Source: a virus (lineage: Duplodnaviria; Caudoviricetes). Taken from it: 54,455 bases of DNA. The stretch lies in IMG/VR virus record IMGVR_UViG_3300033406_000296, positions 1 through 54,455 of that record; one strand, written 5' to 3'. Within the stretch, counting starts at the first letter, position 1. Each line of letters starts with the position of its first letter. Under the pieces are notes generated by a model. It ran no database searches, had not been told where the DNA came from, and worked only from the letters and a program-made list of their open reading frames with translations. This document shows positions 1 through 9,258 of this stretch, piece by piece. The position numbers and the translations under genes were made by a program.

Positions 1-42
1 AGTATATAATATTATCGTTGGTGTTTTGCCAAAAATGAATAC

Positions 43-120
43 GCGACCGTAGCTCAGTCTGGTTAGAGTACCACGTTGACATCGTGGGGGTCACTGGTTC
101 GAACCCAGTCGGTCGCACCA
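43..120 (+). tRNA. tRNA-Val(GAC), integration target
   Basis: Acceptor stem GCGACCG/CGGTCGC plus ACCA, D-arm AGCTCAGTCTGGTTAGAG, anticodon arm CCACG-TTGACAT-CGTGG (GAC at 78-80), T-loop GTTCGAA. Confidence 0.97.
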
Positions 121-126
121 GAAAAA
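76..126 (+). repeat. attL core (51-bp direct repeat)
   Basis: TTGACATCGTGGGGGTCACTGGTTCGAACCCAGTCGGTCGCACCAGAAAAA is identical to 54330-54380; starts at the anticodon loop. Confidence 0.96.
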
Positions 127-143
127 GTGAGTAATGAAACGTG

Positions 144-180
144 TTCCGAGGTTTTTAAAACTTCGGAAATTTTTTTATTT
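144..180 (+). terminator. Phage-supplied intrinsic terminator for the tRNA
   Basis: TTCCGAGGTTT/AAACTTCGGAA hairpin followed by a T-tract. Confidence 0.75.
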
Positions 181-188
181 GTTGAGCT

Positions 189-210
189 GTCCCCTAAAGT
201 AGTCCCCTAA
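189..210 (+). promoter_or_regulatory. Putative integrase arm-type sites (2x GTCCCCTAA)
   Basis: Copies at 189-197 and 202-210; near-identical GTCCCTTAA copies lie inside attR. Confidence 0.7.
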
Positions 211-257
211 CAAATAAAACTATGGACAAATCTGTAGGATGTATGCAACCAAGAGAC

Positions 258-1457
258 TTAGTTCGCCGTCCCTTGAGTATTTTTGGTAGTCCTCATATTG
301 TTTAATACGTTGTGCATTATAGAAGCGGTTTCTTCCTGAATGGTTTGTATTTCGTGAATATAAGTATCAAGTGTAAAACTTTTCTTTGTGTGGCCTAATG
401 CTTTTGAAACAGCAGCAATGTCCAGACCGTTTTTTAGTAAATAACTACCATGCATGTGCCGGAGGATATGGGGGGTAATATTAAACAAGCCATTTTCTTT
501 GCAGAATCGCTTTAAAAAAGTATTTAATTGTGTAGGGTGACCTATGGTACCGTCGGCTTTAGTAAAAACCCATTTGTCATCGCTTACGGGATCGGTAAAA
601 ATAATGACTTTATTTCTTTTAGCGCGACGGGCATATTGGGCTTTTACTTCTGCTCGGTATAAGTTCAATAGTCTAACTGTTTCAAAAGGCAAGGATAGTT
701 TTCTTTCACTTGATTCAGTTTTTGTTTGACCTATTTCTATGGGTTCACCACAAATATATGTTGCTGTTCGAATAATTGATACTGAGTTATTATTAAAATC
801 AAAATCTCCCCATTGGAGTCCGGCAATTTCTTCTCGCCGTAGACCACACGTAAATCCTAACATGCACATTAGTTGGTTTTTAATAGGAGCCGTACTTAAA
901 CATTCAAAAAACTTAGCGAATTCTTCTTGTGTAGGAACTTTTTTTCTTTTTCTTTCAGTACGTGGAGCGCTTATCTTTTCCATAGGATTACTTATGATTA
1001 ATTCCCATCTATAAGCTGTTGAAAATAAAATATTTAACAGTTCACGATGTTTTCCAATACTTCGGGCTGATAATGGTTTGTTATCTTTACTTGCTGTTGG
1101 ACTGCTTAATTGTGAGAAGAATTCGACAATATGAGATGGTTTGACCTTGTGTAAATATAAAAGACCTAGACTAGATTCTATTCGAACAAATACCTGTTCA
1201 TATGTTCCCATGGTTGTTTTAGCATAATGAGCAATTGCGTATTTTTCTTTCCAGTAATCATAAAATTGTTTTAATGTCATACGGTCGGTGCCTGAGACTA
1301 TAGCTTTACCTTGATAAACGCTAGCGGCAAATAATGTCCATTGTTGTTCAGCCTCAGGTAATTTATTAGCTTCAATAGTTTTTGTGTAGGCCTGTTGTTC
1401 GTAAACAACAGTTAAAAGGCAAGTGCCATTTTTGCGCATTTTTATTTTGCTTGGCAT
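258..1457 (-). CDS. int: Tyrosine integrase
   Basis: GLRREE (R), HILRH (HxxR), LGH, TLDTY (Y) catalytic motifs; adjacent to attL. Confidence 0.95.
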   Translation of the reverse strand: MPSKIKMRKNGTCLLTVVYEQQAYTKTIEANKLPEAEQQWTLFAASVYQGKAIVSGTDRMTLKQFYDYWKEKYAIAHYAKTTMGTYEQVFVRIESSLGLLYLHKVKPSHIVEFFSQLSSPTASKDNKPLSARSIGKHRELLNILFSTAYRWELIISNPMEKISAPRTERKRKKVPTQEEFAKFFECLSTAPIKNQLMCMLGFTCGLRREEIAGLQWGDFDFNNNSVSIIRTATYICGEPIEIGQTKTESSERKLSLPFETVRLLNLYRAEVKAQYARRAKRNKVIIFTDPVSDDKWVFTKADGTIGHPTQLNTFLKRFCKENGLFNITPHILRHMHGSYLLKNGLDIAAVSKALGHTKKSFTLDTYIHEIQTIQEETASIMHNVLNNMRTTKNTQGTAN

Positions 1458-1484
1458 TTAATTTTCAACTCCTATTAGATTTTT

Positions 1485-1518
1485 TAAAGCCAGTATCTTT
1501 AATTGGATACTGGCTTTA
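1485..1518. terminator. Strong hairpin between cI and int
   Basis: 13-bp perfect inverted repeat TAAAGCCAGTATC/GATACTGGCTTTA. Confidence 0.65.
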
Positions 1519-1519
1519 T

Positions 1520-2134
1520 TTATTTGCGTTTATTTAATTTTTTTGCTAGTTGATGACCTTGATCTAGTGCTGTATAAATTACCTCCAAGTCTTCTGGAGA
1601 TAAAACCTCACCATTCAATGATAACAACTTTTCTCGTTTCAATAATTTTATTATATCTTTAGGCTGTTCATCTGAGGTGAGCGGAGGAAACGCTTCTTTA
1701 GCATACTGCTCAGGTGCGTCATAGCCAGAAAAAATATATAAATCCTTATTGCTAATAAGAAAGTCTACGGGATTATCTGCAACAAGTTTTTTTACCGTTT
1801 CTAAAGAAGGTTGATTGATGGGGGCAGATACCAGTTCTGCTAATTCATTTTCTTCAATTCCGGTGTCATGCGCATACTTTGCTATGGTTCGTTGACCTTG
1901 GGTTATTGCTAAAGAGCTAGCTAAGAGATCTGGATTAAAACCATAACTCAAGTAATCTAGTGTCACATTAAAATATTTAGCGACTTTCTGTATTTTATCA
2001 AAAGAGGGAGAGTTTTGATCCCATCGATAGATAGATCCATTTCCAAACCCTAGTTCCTTCTGCAAATATGCGAGCGTAATGCCTTTTTTATCACATAAAT
2101 GCTGGATTCTTTCTACTAACGACAATGTAGCCAC
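1520..2134 (-). CDS. CI/ImmR-like XRE repressor (likely start TTG 2125)
   Basis: N-terminal HTH (ITLAYLQKELGFGNGSIYRW), second HTH-like segment, no S24 peptidase domain; divergent from cro. Confidence 0.85.
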   Translation of the reverse strand: MATLSLVERIQHLCDKKGITLAYLQKELGFGNGSIYRWDQNSPSFDKIQKVAKYFNVTLDYLSYGFNPDLLASSLAITQGQRTIAKYAHDTGIEENELAELVSAPINQPSLETVKKLVADNPVDFLISNKDLYIFSGYDAPEQYAKEAFPPLTSDEQPKDIIKLLKREKLLSLNGEVLSPEDLEVIYTALDQGHQLAKKLNKRK

Positions 2135-2375
2135 TCACTTTCATGCTTCAAATATGAATAAACTATATTGACTTTCTGCATATTTGCTAATATAATAACA
2201 TTAACAGCACAAATATTGGCAAAAAGGCAACAAAAAACCAAATGGTCTGCAAACCATTTTTGTAAAATCGTTGTGGAACGATGTATTTCTATTGCCTTAA
2301 TATTAGAATATTTTCTAATGCTTGTCAATATTTTTGCTAATAAATTAGCTAATTATCCATGAAAGGAGACTACTT

Positions 2376-2555
2376 ATGAGCGAATATACAGATTTTGGGT
2401 TAAAAGCAAGGTCGATAATGCTTCAAAAAAAGATTACATTAACTGCACTCGCAAAAGAAGTTGGTATATGTCCGCCATATCTATCAGAAATTTTTAGGGG
2501 TACTAGAAAGGGTGAAACTCAAAAAAAGAAGATTGCAAAAATTCTAGGGATATGA
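2376..2555 (+). CDS. Cro-like HTH protein (59 aa, not in ORF track)
   Basis: MSEYTDFGLKARSIMLQKKITLTALAKEVGICPPYLSEIFRGTRKG...; RBS AAAGGAG; divergent from cI. Confidence 0.85.
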   Translation: MSEYTDFGLKARSIMLQKKITLTALAKEVGICPPYLSEIFRGTRKGETQKKKIAKILGI

Positions 2556-2565
2556 GGTAAGCGTA

Positions 2566-2781
2566 ATGCAAACCGTTCAAGATTTTGCGAAATCCCAAAA
2601 TATCTCAAAAGCCATCATTGATACTTGGATATATCGACATGAGTTACCCGTGATCAGGATAGGACGAAGGGTCTATATTGATGAGTCTGACTATATTGAT
2701 TGGATCCAATCTCATCGGCAAGTTGCTACAGAAAAACCAAAAGAAAAAGCGATTGAACTAGCAATCCCAAAACAATGCTGA
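2566..2781 (+). CDS. Excisionase-like HTH protein (possibly truncated by TGA)
   Basis: TVQDFAK...IDTWI...LPVIRIGRRVYI is the MerR/Xis-like winged-helix pattern. Confidence 0.7.
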   Translation: MQTVQDFAKSQNISKAIIDTWIYRHELPVIRIGRRVYIDESDYIDWIQSHRQVATEKPKEKAIELAIPKQC

Positions 2782-2821
2782 AAATCTGGAATTGCTGCTA
2801 AGATGCGGAGAATTTACTAAC

Positions 2822-2840
2822 GGGGCTAACAGCCCCATTT
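2822..2840 (+). terminator. Early-operon terminator
   Basis: GGGGCT-AAC-AGCCCC followed by ATTTT. Confidence 0.55.
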
Positions 2841-2940
2841 TAAACGGCCTTGTCAATTAAAAACGGGCATACCTCGGCAATATATGTATATCCAATGCTG
2901 CCGGGTTTTATACCAAATATTTTGAGGGGAGGTGGAACAG

Positions 2941-3075
2941 ATGAGTGAGCAAAAAAATAGTGCCGACAATCAAAGACTTATCGACACAGTAGTTTTTGGT
3001 ATTATCGGGGGGATGGTTTCATCGGCAATATATTTAGTGCTCGAACGAATATTTTTTACCAATTGCCAAAAATAA
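2941..3075 (+). CDS. Small single-TM protein (44 aa)
   Basis: RBS GGAGGTG; MSEQKNSADNQRLIDTVVFGIIGGMVSSAIYLVLERIFF. Confidence 0.5.
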   Translation: MSEQKNSADNQRLIDTVVFGIIGGMVSSAIYLVLERIFFTNCQK

Positions 3076-3409
3076 GGCGAGCTACAATCTGAACGATTAT
3101 TCCGCCAACAGCACCACTTATTAAACTAGCAAATAAATTCCAACGGCGATCAGCCCAAAGCTTAGTATTTTGCTCTTTAATTTCGCGTTTATACCCATAG
3201 GCCTTATATAAAGGCATGGCAAATGGAATTCGATCACCACTTCTGGATAACGCGACATATCCTTCTTTACTTAATTCTATTAAGGTTGATGATATTTCCT
3301 CCTTTGATAAGTCAGAGAGGTGTTTCGATATTTTACTAACGTAACCGTCATCACGAGCAGGCTTTGTTAAGACATAATCAAGTACCCGATCTTTTGTTTT
3401 TTTATCCAA
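3056..3409 (-). CDS. Moron: winged-helix-like domain with C-terminal TM anchor (start TTG 3409)
   Basis: RBS GGAGGGAG before TTG; hydrophobic C-terminus; antisense to the operon with its own promoter. Confidence 0.7.
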   Translation of the reverse strand: MDKKTKDRVLDYVLTKPARDDGYVSKISKHLSDLSKEEISSTLIELSKEGYVALSRSGDRIPFAMPLYKAYGYKREIKEQNTKLWADRRWNLFASLISGAVGGIIVQIVARLIFGNW

Positions 3410-3437
3410 ACTATTACATCTCCCTCCAAATTCCAAT

Positions 3438-3462
3438 CTTCGACGGGAGGTAAATATTTCCT
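3438..3462 (-). promoter_or_regulatory. Sigma-H-type promoter
   Basis: ttaC-AGGA-N17-GAAG on the minus strand, ~30 nt before the start codon. Confidence 0.65.
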
Positions 3463-3480
3463 GTAAGGGAGGTGAAAACC

Positions 3481-3666
3481 ATGGACGAATGTTACGGCTG
3501 CCCGCATCACCACGATTGCGATTATACACCTGAGGCGTGTCAACAATTCTGGGGCGTAGATAAGGACTTAGGGGTGATATGCATAGTTTGGTTAGTGTGC
3601 TGCTTGATTCTGATATTAGCGCTGGCAGTCGGAATGTACCGGGTGGTGATGGCGTTAATTCAGTGA
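3481..3666 (+). CDS. Cys-rich small membrane protein
   Basis: RBS GGAGGTG; CxxC motif and a TM segment. Confidence 0.55.
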   Translation: MDECYGCPHHHDCDYTPEACQQFWGVDKDLGVICIVWLVCCLILILALAVGMYRVVMALIQ

Positions 3667-3680
3667 AAGGAGGATGATCC

Positions 3681-3917
3681 ATGGATAACGTCGCCGATTG
3701 CGCTCGATGCGGCCACCAATTTTGGCAAAAACATAATCAGCTATATTGCCCATCATGTCGAACTAAGCTGGCCGCTGAAAATAAGAAAGAGCAGCGCATA
3801 CTTAAGCAGCAATTAACTCGTAATCAATATGGTCGCAATGCCGCGGTAATCGTCAGGAACATGCGGGTGGAACGAGTCGTGCTGAGGGAACGCCAGAAAA
3901 AGGAGGTGAGGATATGA
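3681..3917 (+). CDS. Zn-ribbon hypothetical protein
   Basis: CARC...CPSC; RBS AGGAGG. Confidence 0.6.
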   Translation: MDNVADCARCGHQFWQKHNQLYCPSCRTKLAAENKKEQRILKQQLTRNQYGRNAAVIVRNMRVERVVLRERQKKEVRI

Positions 3918-4171
3918 CTGAGCCGGAGTTATTAAAAGTAGCCTTGGATGACACGGCAGAGTGCCGACGGTTTTTCGGTAGTAATCTATGCAACTCCGAA
4001 TGCATGAACTTTAATTTTTGTCGCATGGCGAATACGTTGGAACCGCAACGCGAAGTGGATCGTATAGTCAATATGTTTGCTTTGTACATAGTTATTTTTG
4101 CAGTAGCATTCTTTGGTTACTACCTGTTCGAAGCTTTTTGCGCTGGTAGGTTGCCGTTACCATGGCAATAA
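3914..4171 (+). CDS. Cys-rich membrane hypothetical protein
   Basis: RBS AGGAGGTG; overlaps previous stop; C-terminal TM segment. Confidence 0.6.
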   Translation: MTEPELLKVALDDTAECRRFFGSNLCNSECMNFNFCRMANTLEPQREVDRIVNMFALYIVIFAVAFFGYYLFEAFCAGRLPLPWQ

Positions 4172-4251
4172 AAAAAGCCGCCTTGCAGGGCGGTGAGCGA
4201 CGGTCAGTACCGTCAATGTTTAAAATGTCAACTCCATAATATCACGGCCAA

Positions 4252-4458
4252 TTGTGGTCGTCAAATTTAGGGAGGTTTTACTTGATGCAAATGCGTAGAG
4301 TGAGATGCACGGGCAATGTTAATGGATCTAAGTACCTTAAAGATATTTCTATAATTATGGTTGATGATGCGCTGAGAGCGGCGGGTATAGCTAAGACGGC
4401 ATTTGCTAACGCATATGATTTGCGGTCGCGTGACGTCAGGGTGGTGCGGATCCAGTGA
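4252..4458 (+). CDS. Hypothetical protein (start probably ~4282)
   Basis: RBS GGGAGG upstream; GTGA coupling to the next gene. Confidence 0.45.
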   Translation: MWSSNLGRFYLMQMRRVRCTGNVNGSKYLKDISIIMVDDALRAAGIAKTAFANAYDLRSRDVRVVRIQ

Positions 4459-6431
4459 AACAACTCAAACTAATGTCACTGCTACTCCGAAACTTCAAAG
4501 GTTTAGCGAGCTTTGCATTTACTACGACCGGTGCAAACATCAGCGTATATGGCGATAACGGGACCGGCAAAACCACACTCTTTGATGCGTTTAACTGGCT
4601 ACTGTTCGGTAAAGACAGCCAGAACAAAAAAGATTTCGAGATCAAGACGCTGGATGATGCTGGTAAAGCCCTATCCGGTATCGCTCATGAAGTTGAAGCC
4701 ATTCTCGAGTACGATGGTAAGCTAATAACCTTACGAAAAGTCTATGCCGAGAAGTGGACTAAAAAGCAAGGTAGCATTAAGCCGGAATTTACTGGCCATA
4801 CCACTGATCATTATATAGACGGTGTGCCAGTATCAAAAAAAGCCTTTGATGCGTTGATCGGTAGTATAGTCGCGGAAGATATATTTAAACTTTTGACCAA
4901 CCCGGGTTATTTCAATGAACAGCTTCATTGGCAAGATAGGCGTAAAATACTTATCGAAATATGTGGCGACATATCCGATGACGATGTTATTGCTGCCGAT
5001 CGGGCGCTGGCTAACTTGCCGGCAATATTAAAAGGCCGGGCAATCGAGGATCATCGAAAAGTCATAGCGGCCAAACGGGCCGAGATTAATAAAGAAATCG
5101 AGAAAATTCCAGTTCGCATCGATGAAGCCCAGCGGGGACTGCCGAGTATCGACGGCTTATTTCATAGGGAATATATTGAGTCGGAAATTGCATCTTTTAA
5201 GAAACAGCTGCAGTCAAAGCAGCGGGAGCTAGTTCGGTTAGAAACTGGCGGCGAGGCTGCTAAAAAACAAAAACAGTTGGCCGAAATTGAAAGCCAGCTG
5301 CTCGACATTCAGAATAAGCACCGGTCTGATAGCGGCAATAAACTGTACGAAAAACAAACTGAGTTGCAAAAGCTACGTGCTCAGCTCCGCGAAATTGAGG
5401 ATGATATTGCCGGGAAAAAGCGTTCAATTGAATCCAACAAACGATTGATTGAATTAGACACTATTGATTGTGATCGTCTGCGTGATGAGTGGCATAAGGA
5501 GAATCAAAAAACATTTGAATATAGCCAGGATCCCAATTGCCCGACATGCGGACAAGCTTTGCCGGCAGAACAACTGGAAGTCGCTCGAGCTAAGGCCTTG
5601 GTCCAGTTTAACACCGAAAAATCCCGACGATTAGAAAGTATCCGAGCCCAGGGAAAGCAGGCGAAGGCTATAGTCGATGAGTTGCGGGAAACCAACGCAG
5701 TCCTTGCTGGGAAGCTCGAGACTTTGTTGATCAACCAAGAAGTCGTAGAGGATTCAATTACTGCTCTGCAGGCCGAAATTGACGCCATGAGTGCCGCACC
5801 CGGCATTGAAGAAAACCCCGAATACCAAAAGATATTTCAACAAAAAACAGTGATCGAGGATCAAATTTCGGCGCTTGGTACCCAAAGCAAAGGAGCCATT
5901 CGTAAGATTAAAACCGAGATTGATTTGATCAGTAATGACATTGCCAGTCGTGAAAAAAACTTGGCGATATTGGATCAGCGGGAACAAGGCCAGGTGCGAA
6001 TTGAGGAGCTAAAGGCCCAGGAAAAAGATTTAGCCGCTCAGTTTGAACGGCTAGAGGGTGAGCTTTACCTTACTGAGCAGTTTATCCGAACGAAGGTAAA
6101 TCTTCTCGAGAAAAAGATCAACGGCAAATTTAGCTTTGCACGCTTCAAACTATTTAATCAGCAGGTTAATGGTGGCCTTGAAGAGTGTTGTGAGACAACG
6201 TATAAAGGCGTGCCATATTCATCGCTAAATAATGCGGCCAGGATAAATATTGGATTGGATATTATTAATAGTTTAGCTGATCACTATTGTTTTTCAGCGC
6301 CCATATTTATCGATAATGCTGAAGCGGTAACGCGGCTAATTGATACTAATGCTCAGGTAATCCAGCTGGTGGTTAGTGAGCCGGATAAAGCATTACGAGT
6401 TGAACTAAATAATTTACGGGAGGCAGTTTAA
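4455..6431 (+). CDS. SbcC/Rad50-like AAA ATPase
   Basis: Walker A GDNGTGKT, long coiled coil with Zn-hook CPTCGQ, Walker B IFIDNAE. Confidence 0.9.
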   Translation: MKQLKLMSLLLRNFKGLASFAFTTTGANISVYGDNGTGKTTLFDAFNWLLFGKDSQNKKDFEIKTLDDAGKALSGIAHEVEAILEYDGKLITLRKVYAEKWTKKQGSIKPEFTGHTTDHYIDGVPVSKKAFDALIGSIVAEDIFKLLTNPGYFNEQLHWQDRRKILIEICGDISDDDVIAADRALANLPAILKGRAIEDHRKVIAAKRAEINKEIEKIPVRIDEAQRGLPSIDGLFHREYIESEIASFKKQLQSKQRELVRLETGGEAAKKQKQLAEIESQLLDIQNKHRSDSGNKLYEKQTELQKLRAQLREIEDDIAGKKRSIESNKRLIELDTIDCDRLRDEWHKENQKTFEYSQDPNCPTCGQALPAEQLEVARAKALVQFNTEKSRRLESIRAQGKQAKAIVDELRETNAVLAGKLETLLINQEVVEDSITALQAEIDAMSAAPGIEENPEYQKIFQQKTVIEDQISALGTQSKGAIRKIKTEIDLISNDIASREKNLAILDQREQGQVRIEELKAQEKDLAAQFERLEGELYLTEQFIRTKVNLLEKKINGKFSFARFKLFNQQVNGGLEECCETTYKGVPYSSLNNAARINIGLDIINSLADHYCFSAPIFIDNAEAVTRLIDTNAQVIQLVVSEPDKALRVELNNLREAV

Positions 6432-6432
6432 T

Positions 6433-7425
6433 ATGAGTGAACAACAAGCTTTGGCCAAAGCCGAACAAACAATGTCGGAAAGGTTTATGCAAAAAGTAAT
6501 AGCGGAATTTAGTGGCGGAGTTGGCCCGATTGCGCTAACGGATTTTCAAAAGCGACTGGCGCAAAATTACTTTATCGGCATCGATGCAACGCTAAGAGCT
6601 GCCGAAGAAAAACGACAGAGTAAAAAATCAAACAGAGAGCCGGTGCCTATTGTTTGGGCTAATGTAAATATGGAATCTTTAGCGCGTAATGTGGTATCAG
6701 CTGCTAGAGTGGGTCTTGATCCGGCCCAGAAAAATCATATCAGCATGATACCGTACAAAAATAATTCAACCGGCAAATATGATATTGGTTTTATTGAGGG
6801 CTATCGGGGCATTGAGTTGAAAGCCAAGAAATATGGCTTGGAAATTCCGGAAGTAATTGTTGAACTGGTTTATTCAAACGATGTTTTTAAACCTATAAAA
6901 AAAGATCGGAACAACAAAATTGAAATTTACGAATTTGAAATTACCAATGTATTTGACCGGGGGAAAATCGTCGGCGGTTTTTATTACCACATTTACACTA
7001 ATCCTGAAAAAAATAAGCTGGTGGTCTTTAATCTTAAAGAGATTGAAAAGCGTAAACCACGTTATGCCAGTGTTGAATTTTGGGGCGGAGAAAAAGATGT
7101 CTGGGAGAACGGGAAAAAGACCGGCAAAGAACATGTTGACGGTTGGTATGACCAAATGTGCTACAAGACTATTTACCGGGCCGCTTACGGCAATATCACC
7201 ATTGATAGCCAGAAGATTGATGATGACTATATGCGGCTGAGCCAAATGGAACAATCGCTTAAAGATGTGGAAGTGGCCGAAGAAATCGCGATTAATGCTA
7301 ACTCCGAATCACTAGATATTGAAAGCGAAGTTATAAATGAAACGGATCCAGATCCAGAGACAACTCCAACGCAAAAGCCTCAGCAATCGACGCTAATTAA
7401 TGAAGAAGAAGGTCCTGGTTTCTGA
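6433..7425 (+). CDS. recT: RecT-family single-strand annealing protein
   Basis: ARVGLDP...IPY...GYRG...VYSND motifs; acidic tail; located between the ATPase and the MBL nuclease. Confidence 0.85.
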   Translation: MSEQQALAKAEQTMSERFMQKVIAEFSGGVGPIALTDFQKRLAQNYFIGIDATLRAAEEKRQSKKSNREPVPIVWANVNMESLARNVVSAARVGLDPAQKNHISMIPYKNNSTGKYDIGFIEGYRGIELKAKKYGLEIPEVIVELVYSNDVFKPIKKDRNNKIEIYEFEITNVFDRGKIVGGFYYHIYTNPEKNKLVVFNLKEIEKRKPRYASVEFWGGEKDVWENGKKTGKEHVDGWYDQMCYKTIYRAAYGNITIDSQKIDDDYMRLSQMEQSLKDVEVAEEIAINANSESLDIESEVINETDPDPETTPTQKPQQSTLINEEEGPGF

Positions 7426-8123
7426 TGGACATCGAAGCTTTTGCCAGTAGTAGCGCCGGTAATTGCTATCACATAACAGATGGAAAGACAAGGCTACTGC
7501 TGGATGCCGGGATATCATACCGAGAAATACAGCGGCGGCTTAACTTCAAGGTGTCGGCCATGGCCGGGGTATTGATCACTCACGACCACATGGATCATGC
7601 CAAGGCGGTTAAGAACTTGATGAAAGCTGGAATTGATTGCTATATGAGTGCAGGTACCGCTGGTGCTTTAAGTGTCTTGGGGCATCGGCTGAAACTTGTA
7701 AAATCCAAACAGCAATTCCAACTTGGTAGCTGGACGATATTACCATTTAATGTAGAACACGATACGCCGGAGCCACTGGGGTTTCTACTAGCCAGCGGTA
7801 CCGAGAAACTACTATATGCAACTGATACATATTACTTGAAATATCAATTCGCTGGGCTAACTCATTTACTGATTGAATGTAATCACAGCTATGAAATTAT
7901 AAGGGCTAAAGCTGATTCGGGGACGTTGCCGCTTGAACAAAAAAACAGGCTGATGCGATCGCATTTCAGCCTGGAGAATGTGAAAAAGTTTTTACTGGCC
8001 AATGACCTAAGTCGGGTGCAAGAAATTTGGTTAATCCATCTTAGCGATAGAAACAGCGATGCGGCACAGTTTAAGCGCGAGATCCAGGAGTTGACCGGGA
8101 AGTTGGTTTTGATAGCGGGGTGA
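7425..8123 (+). CDS. MBL-fold metallo-hydrolase (exonuclease)
   Basis: SSSAGNCY, THDHMDH, HD, TDT, ECNH, HLS. Confidence 0.9.
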   Translation: MDIEAFASSSAGNCYHITDGKTRLLLDAGISYREIQRRLNFKVSAMAGVLITHDHMDHAKAVKNLMKAGIDCYMSAGTAGALSVLGHRLKLVKSKQQFQLGSWTILPFNVEHDTPEPLGFLLASGTEKLLYATDTYYLKYQFAGLTHLLIECNHSYEIIRAKADSGTLPLEQKNRLMRSHFSLENVKKFLLANDLSRVQEIWLIHLSDRNSDAAQFKREIQELTGKLVLIAG

Positions 8124-8127
8124 GATA

Positions 8128-8346
8128 ATGCCCACTCCCAAATGCCGGAACTGTCATCGGATCCTGACCGATGCTGAATCAATAGAACGTGGTTTCGGTC
8201 CGGTGTGTTACCGGCGGCATATAGTACTGGGGCAGCCAGTGCAATTGACATTATTTGAGCCTAGCCGGTTATTCAAGCCGGAGATGAGTTTGACCGAGCA
8301 GCACCGGTTAGCGTGTCGGATTATAGAAGGGAGAATCAGTGAATGA
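8128..8346 (+). CDS. DUF6011-like Zn-finger protein
   Basis: CRNCHRILTDAESIERGFGPVC. Confidence 0.75.
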   Translation: MPTPKCRNCHRILTDAESIERGFGPVCYRRHIVLGQPVQLTLFEPSRLFKPEMSLTEQHRLACRIIEGRISE

Positions 8347-8702
8347 GAAAACAGTTGATTTGTGATGGATTTAAGGCAAAGCAATTATCAGAAACAGCGA
8401 TGTGGTGTTTTGGGGCCATAGTTGGGAATCCACCAAACCACAATTTTAGGTATAACCGTGTAGATGAAGTTCTGTTTATAATTAACACCTTGAACGCTAT
8501 GGTTGATAACTATGTAAAAAATGAGCCTACGGTATTCGAGCGTATGTTTATAGCTCAAGGTAAACCAGATAAAACAGACACAGAAGAAGCCTCTGAGGCC
8601 GAACCAGAAGTAATTTGCCCGAGGTGCATTAATAGTGAGATTAATCCTGGCGATAAGTTTTGCAAAATATGCGGTCTGCCGCTAGGTGATGGGAGCGTGT
8701 GA
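8343..8702 (+). CDS. Hypothetical protein with C-terminal Zn ribbon
   Basis: CPRC...FCKICG. Confidence 0.65.
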   Translation: MRKQLICDGFKAKQLSETAMWCFGAIVGNPPNHNFRYNRVDEVLFIINTLNAMVDNYVKNEPTVFERMFIAQGKPDKTDTEEASEAEPEVICPRCINSEINPGDKFCKICGLPLGDGSV

Positions 8703-8704
8703 GT

Positions 8705-8770
8705 ATGCGAAATGATGAAAGCATCGAAGTTATTGGCAATATCATCGATAACCCAGAGTTATTGAAATAA
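8705..8770 (+). pseudogene. YopX C-terminal remnant
   Basis: 21-codon ORF ending IEVIGNIIDNPELLK, the hallmark YopX C-terminus. Confidence 0.7.
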
Positions 8771-8878
8771 AAATAGGCCTGGGGGCGGCGTTATTTTTGA
8801 CTCCGTCTCCTGGGCAACACTACCCCAATATATGATATGCGGCGTGGCCGTATTCTATGTATACGAGGAGCGGATAAA

Positions 8879-9124
8879 GTGAAATCAATTGGTATTGTGC
8901 GTAAGCTGGATGAATTAGGCAGGGTGGTTCTTCCGGTTGAATTGAGACGTAGTCTTGACCTTGAGGAGCGCGATTCATTGGAAATATTCGTCGATGGTAA
9001 CAAGGTTATACTTCAAAAATATCAGCCCGGTTGTACGAATTGCGGGGATCTGGATGTAGTAGTCAGCGTGGGGAAAACGCGATTGTGTCGGGTTTGTTAT
9101 GAAGGGCTGAGGGTAGAAAGGTGA
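8879..9124 (+). CDS. abrB: AbrB-family transition-state regulator
   Basis: MKSIGIVRKLDELGRVVLPVELRRSLDL...EIFVDG..VILQKY followed by CxxC/CxxC; GTG start after GAGGAG. Confidence 0.92.
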   Translation: MKSIGIVRKLDELGRVVLPVELRRSLDLEERDSLEIFVDGNKVILQKYQPGCTNCGDLDVVVSVGKTRLCRVCYEGLRVER

Positions 9125-9126
9125 GT

Positions 9127-9258
9127 ATGATGAAAAAAATCCTATGCGTTTGTTGTAATCAAGAAATAAGTGAAAAGTATATGTTACAAAATGATGACGG
9201 ATCATGGATTTGTGAAGATTGCGCCCAGGATATGAATGATTTAGCTCCTAGTAACTAA
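9127..9258 (+). CDS. Small Zn-finger protein (43 aa)
   Basis: MMKKILCVCCNQE...WICEDCAQD. Confidence 0.55.
   Translation: MMKKILCVCCNQEISEKYMLQNDDGSWICEDCAQDMNDLAPSN

Noticed and set aside
2180-2352. cI/cro operator repeats (TTTGCTAA copies, TTAGAA-N4-TTCTAA)
   Set aside because: Plausible, but I could not derive a consistent operator consensus, so it is not reported as a feature.
2776-2820. Selenocysteine at the Cys-TGA of the xis-like gene
   Set aside because: No convincing SECIS-like hairpin directly downstream and no redox context; a nonsense mutation is simpler.
3410-3682. N-terminal 91-aa extension of ORF 3056-3682, and similar over-long starts at 14839, 16832, 46955, 48704 and 49909
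   Set aside because: The extensions run through promoters, terminators or other genes; better RBS-linked starts lie downstream.
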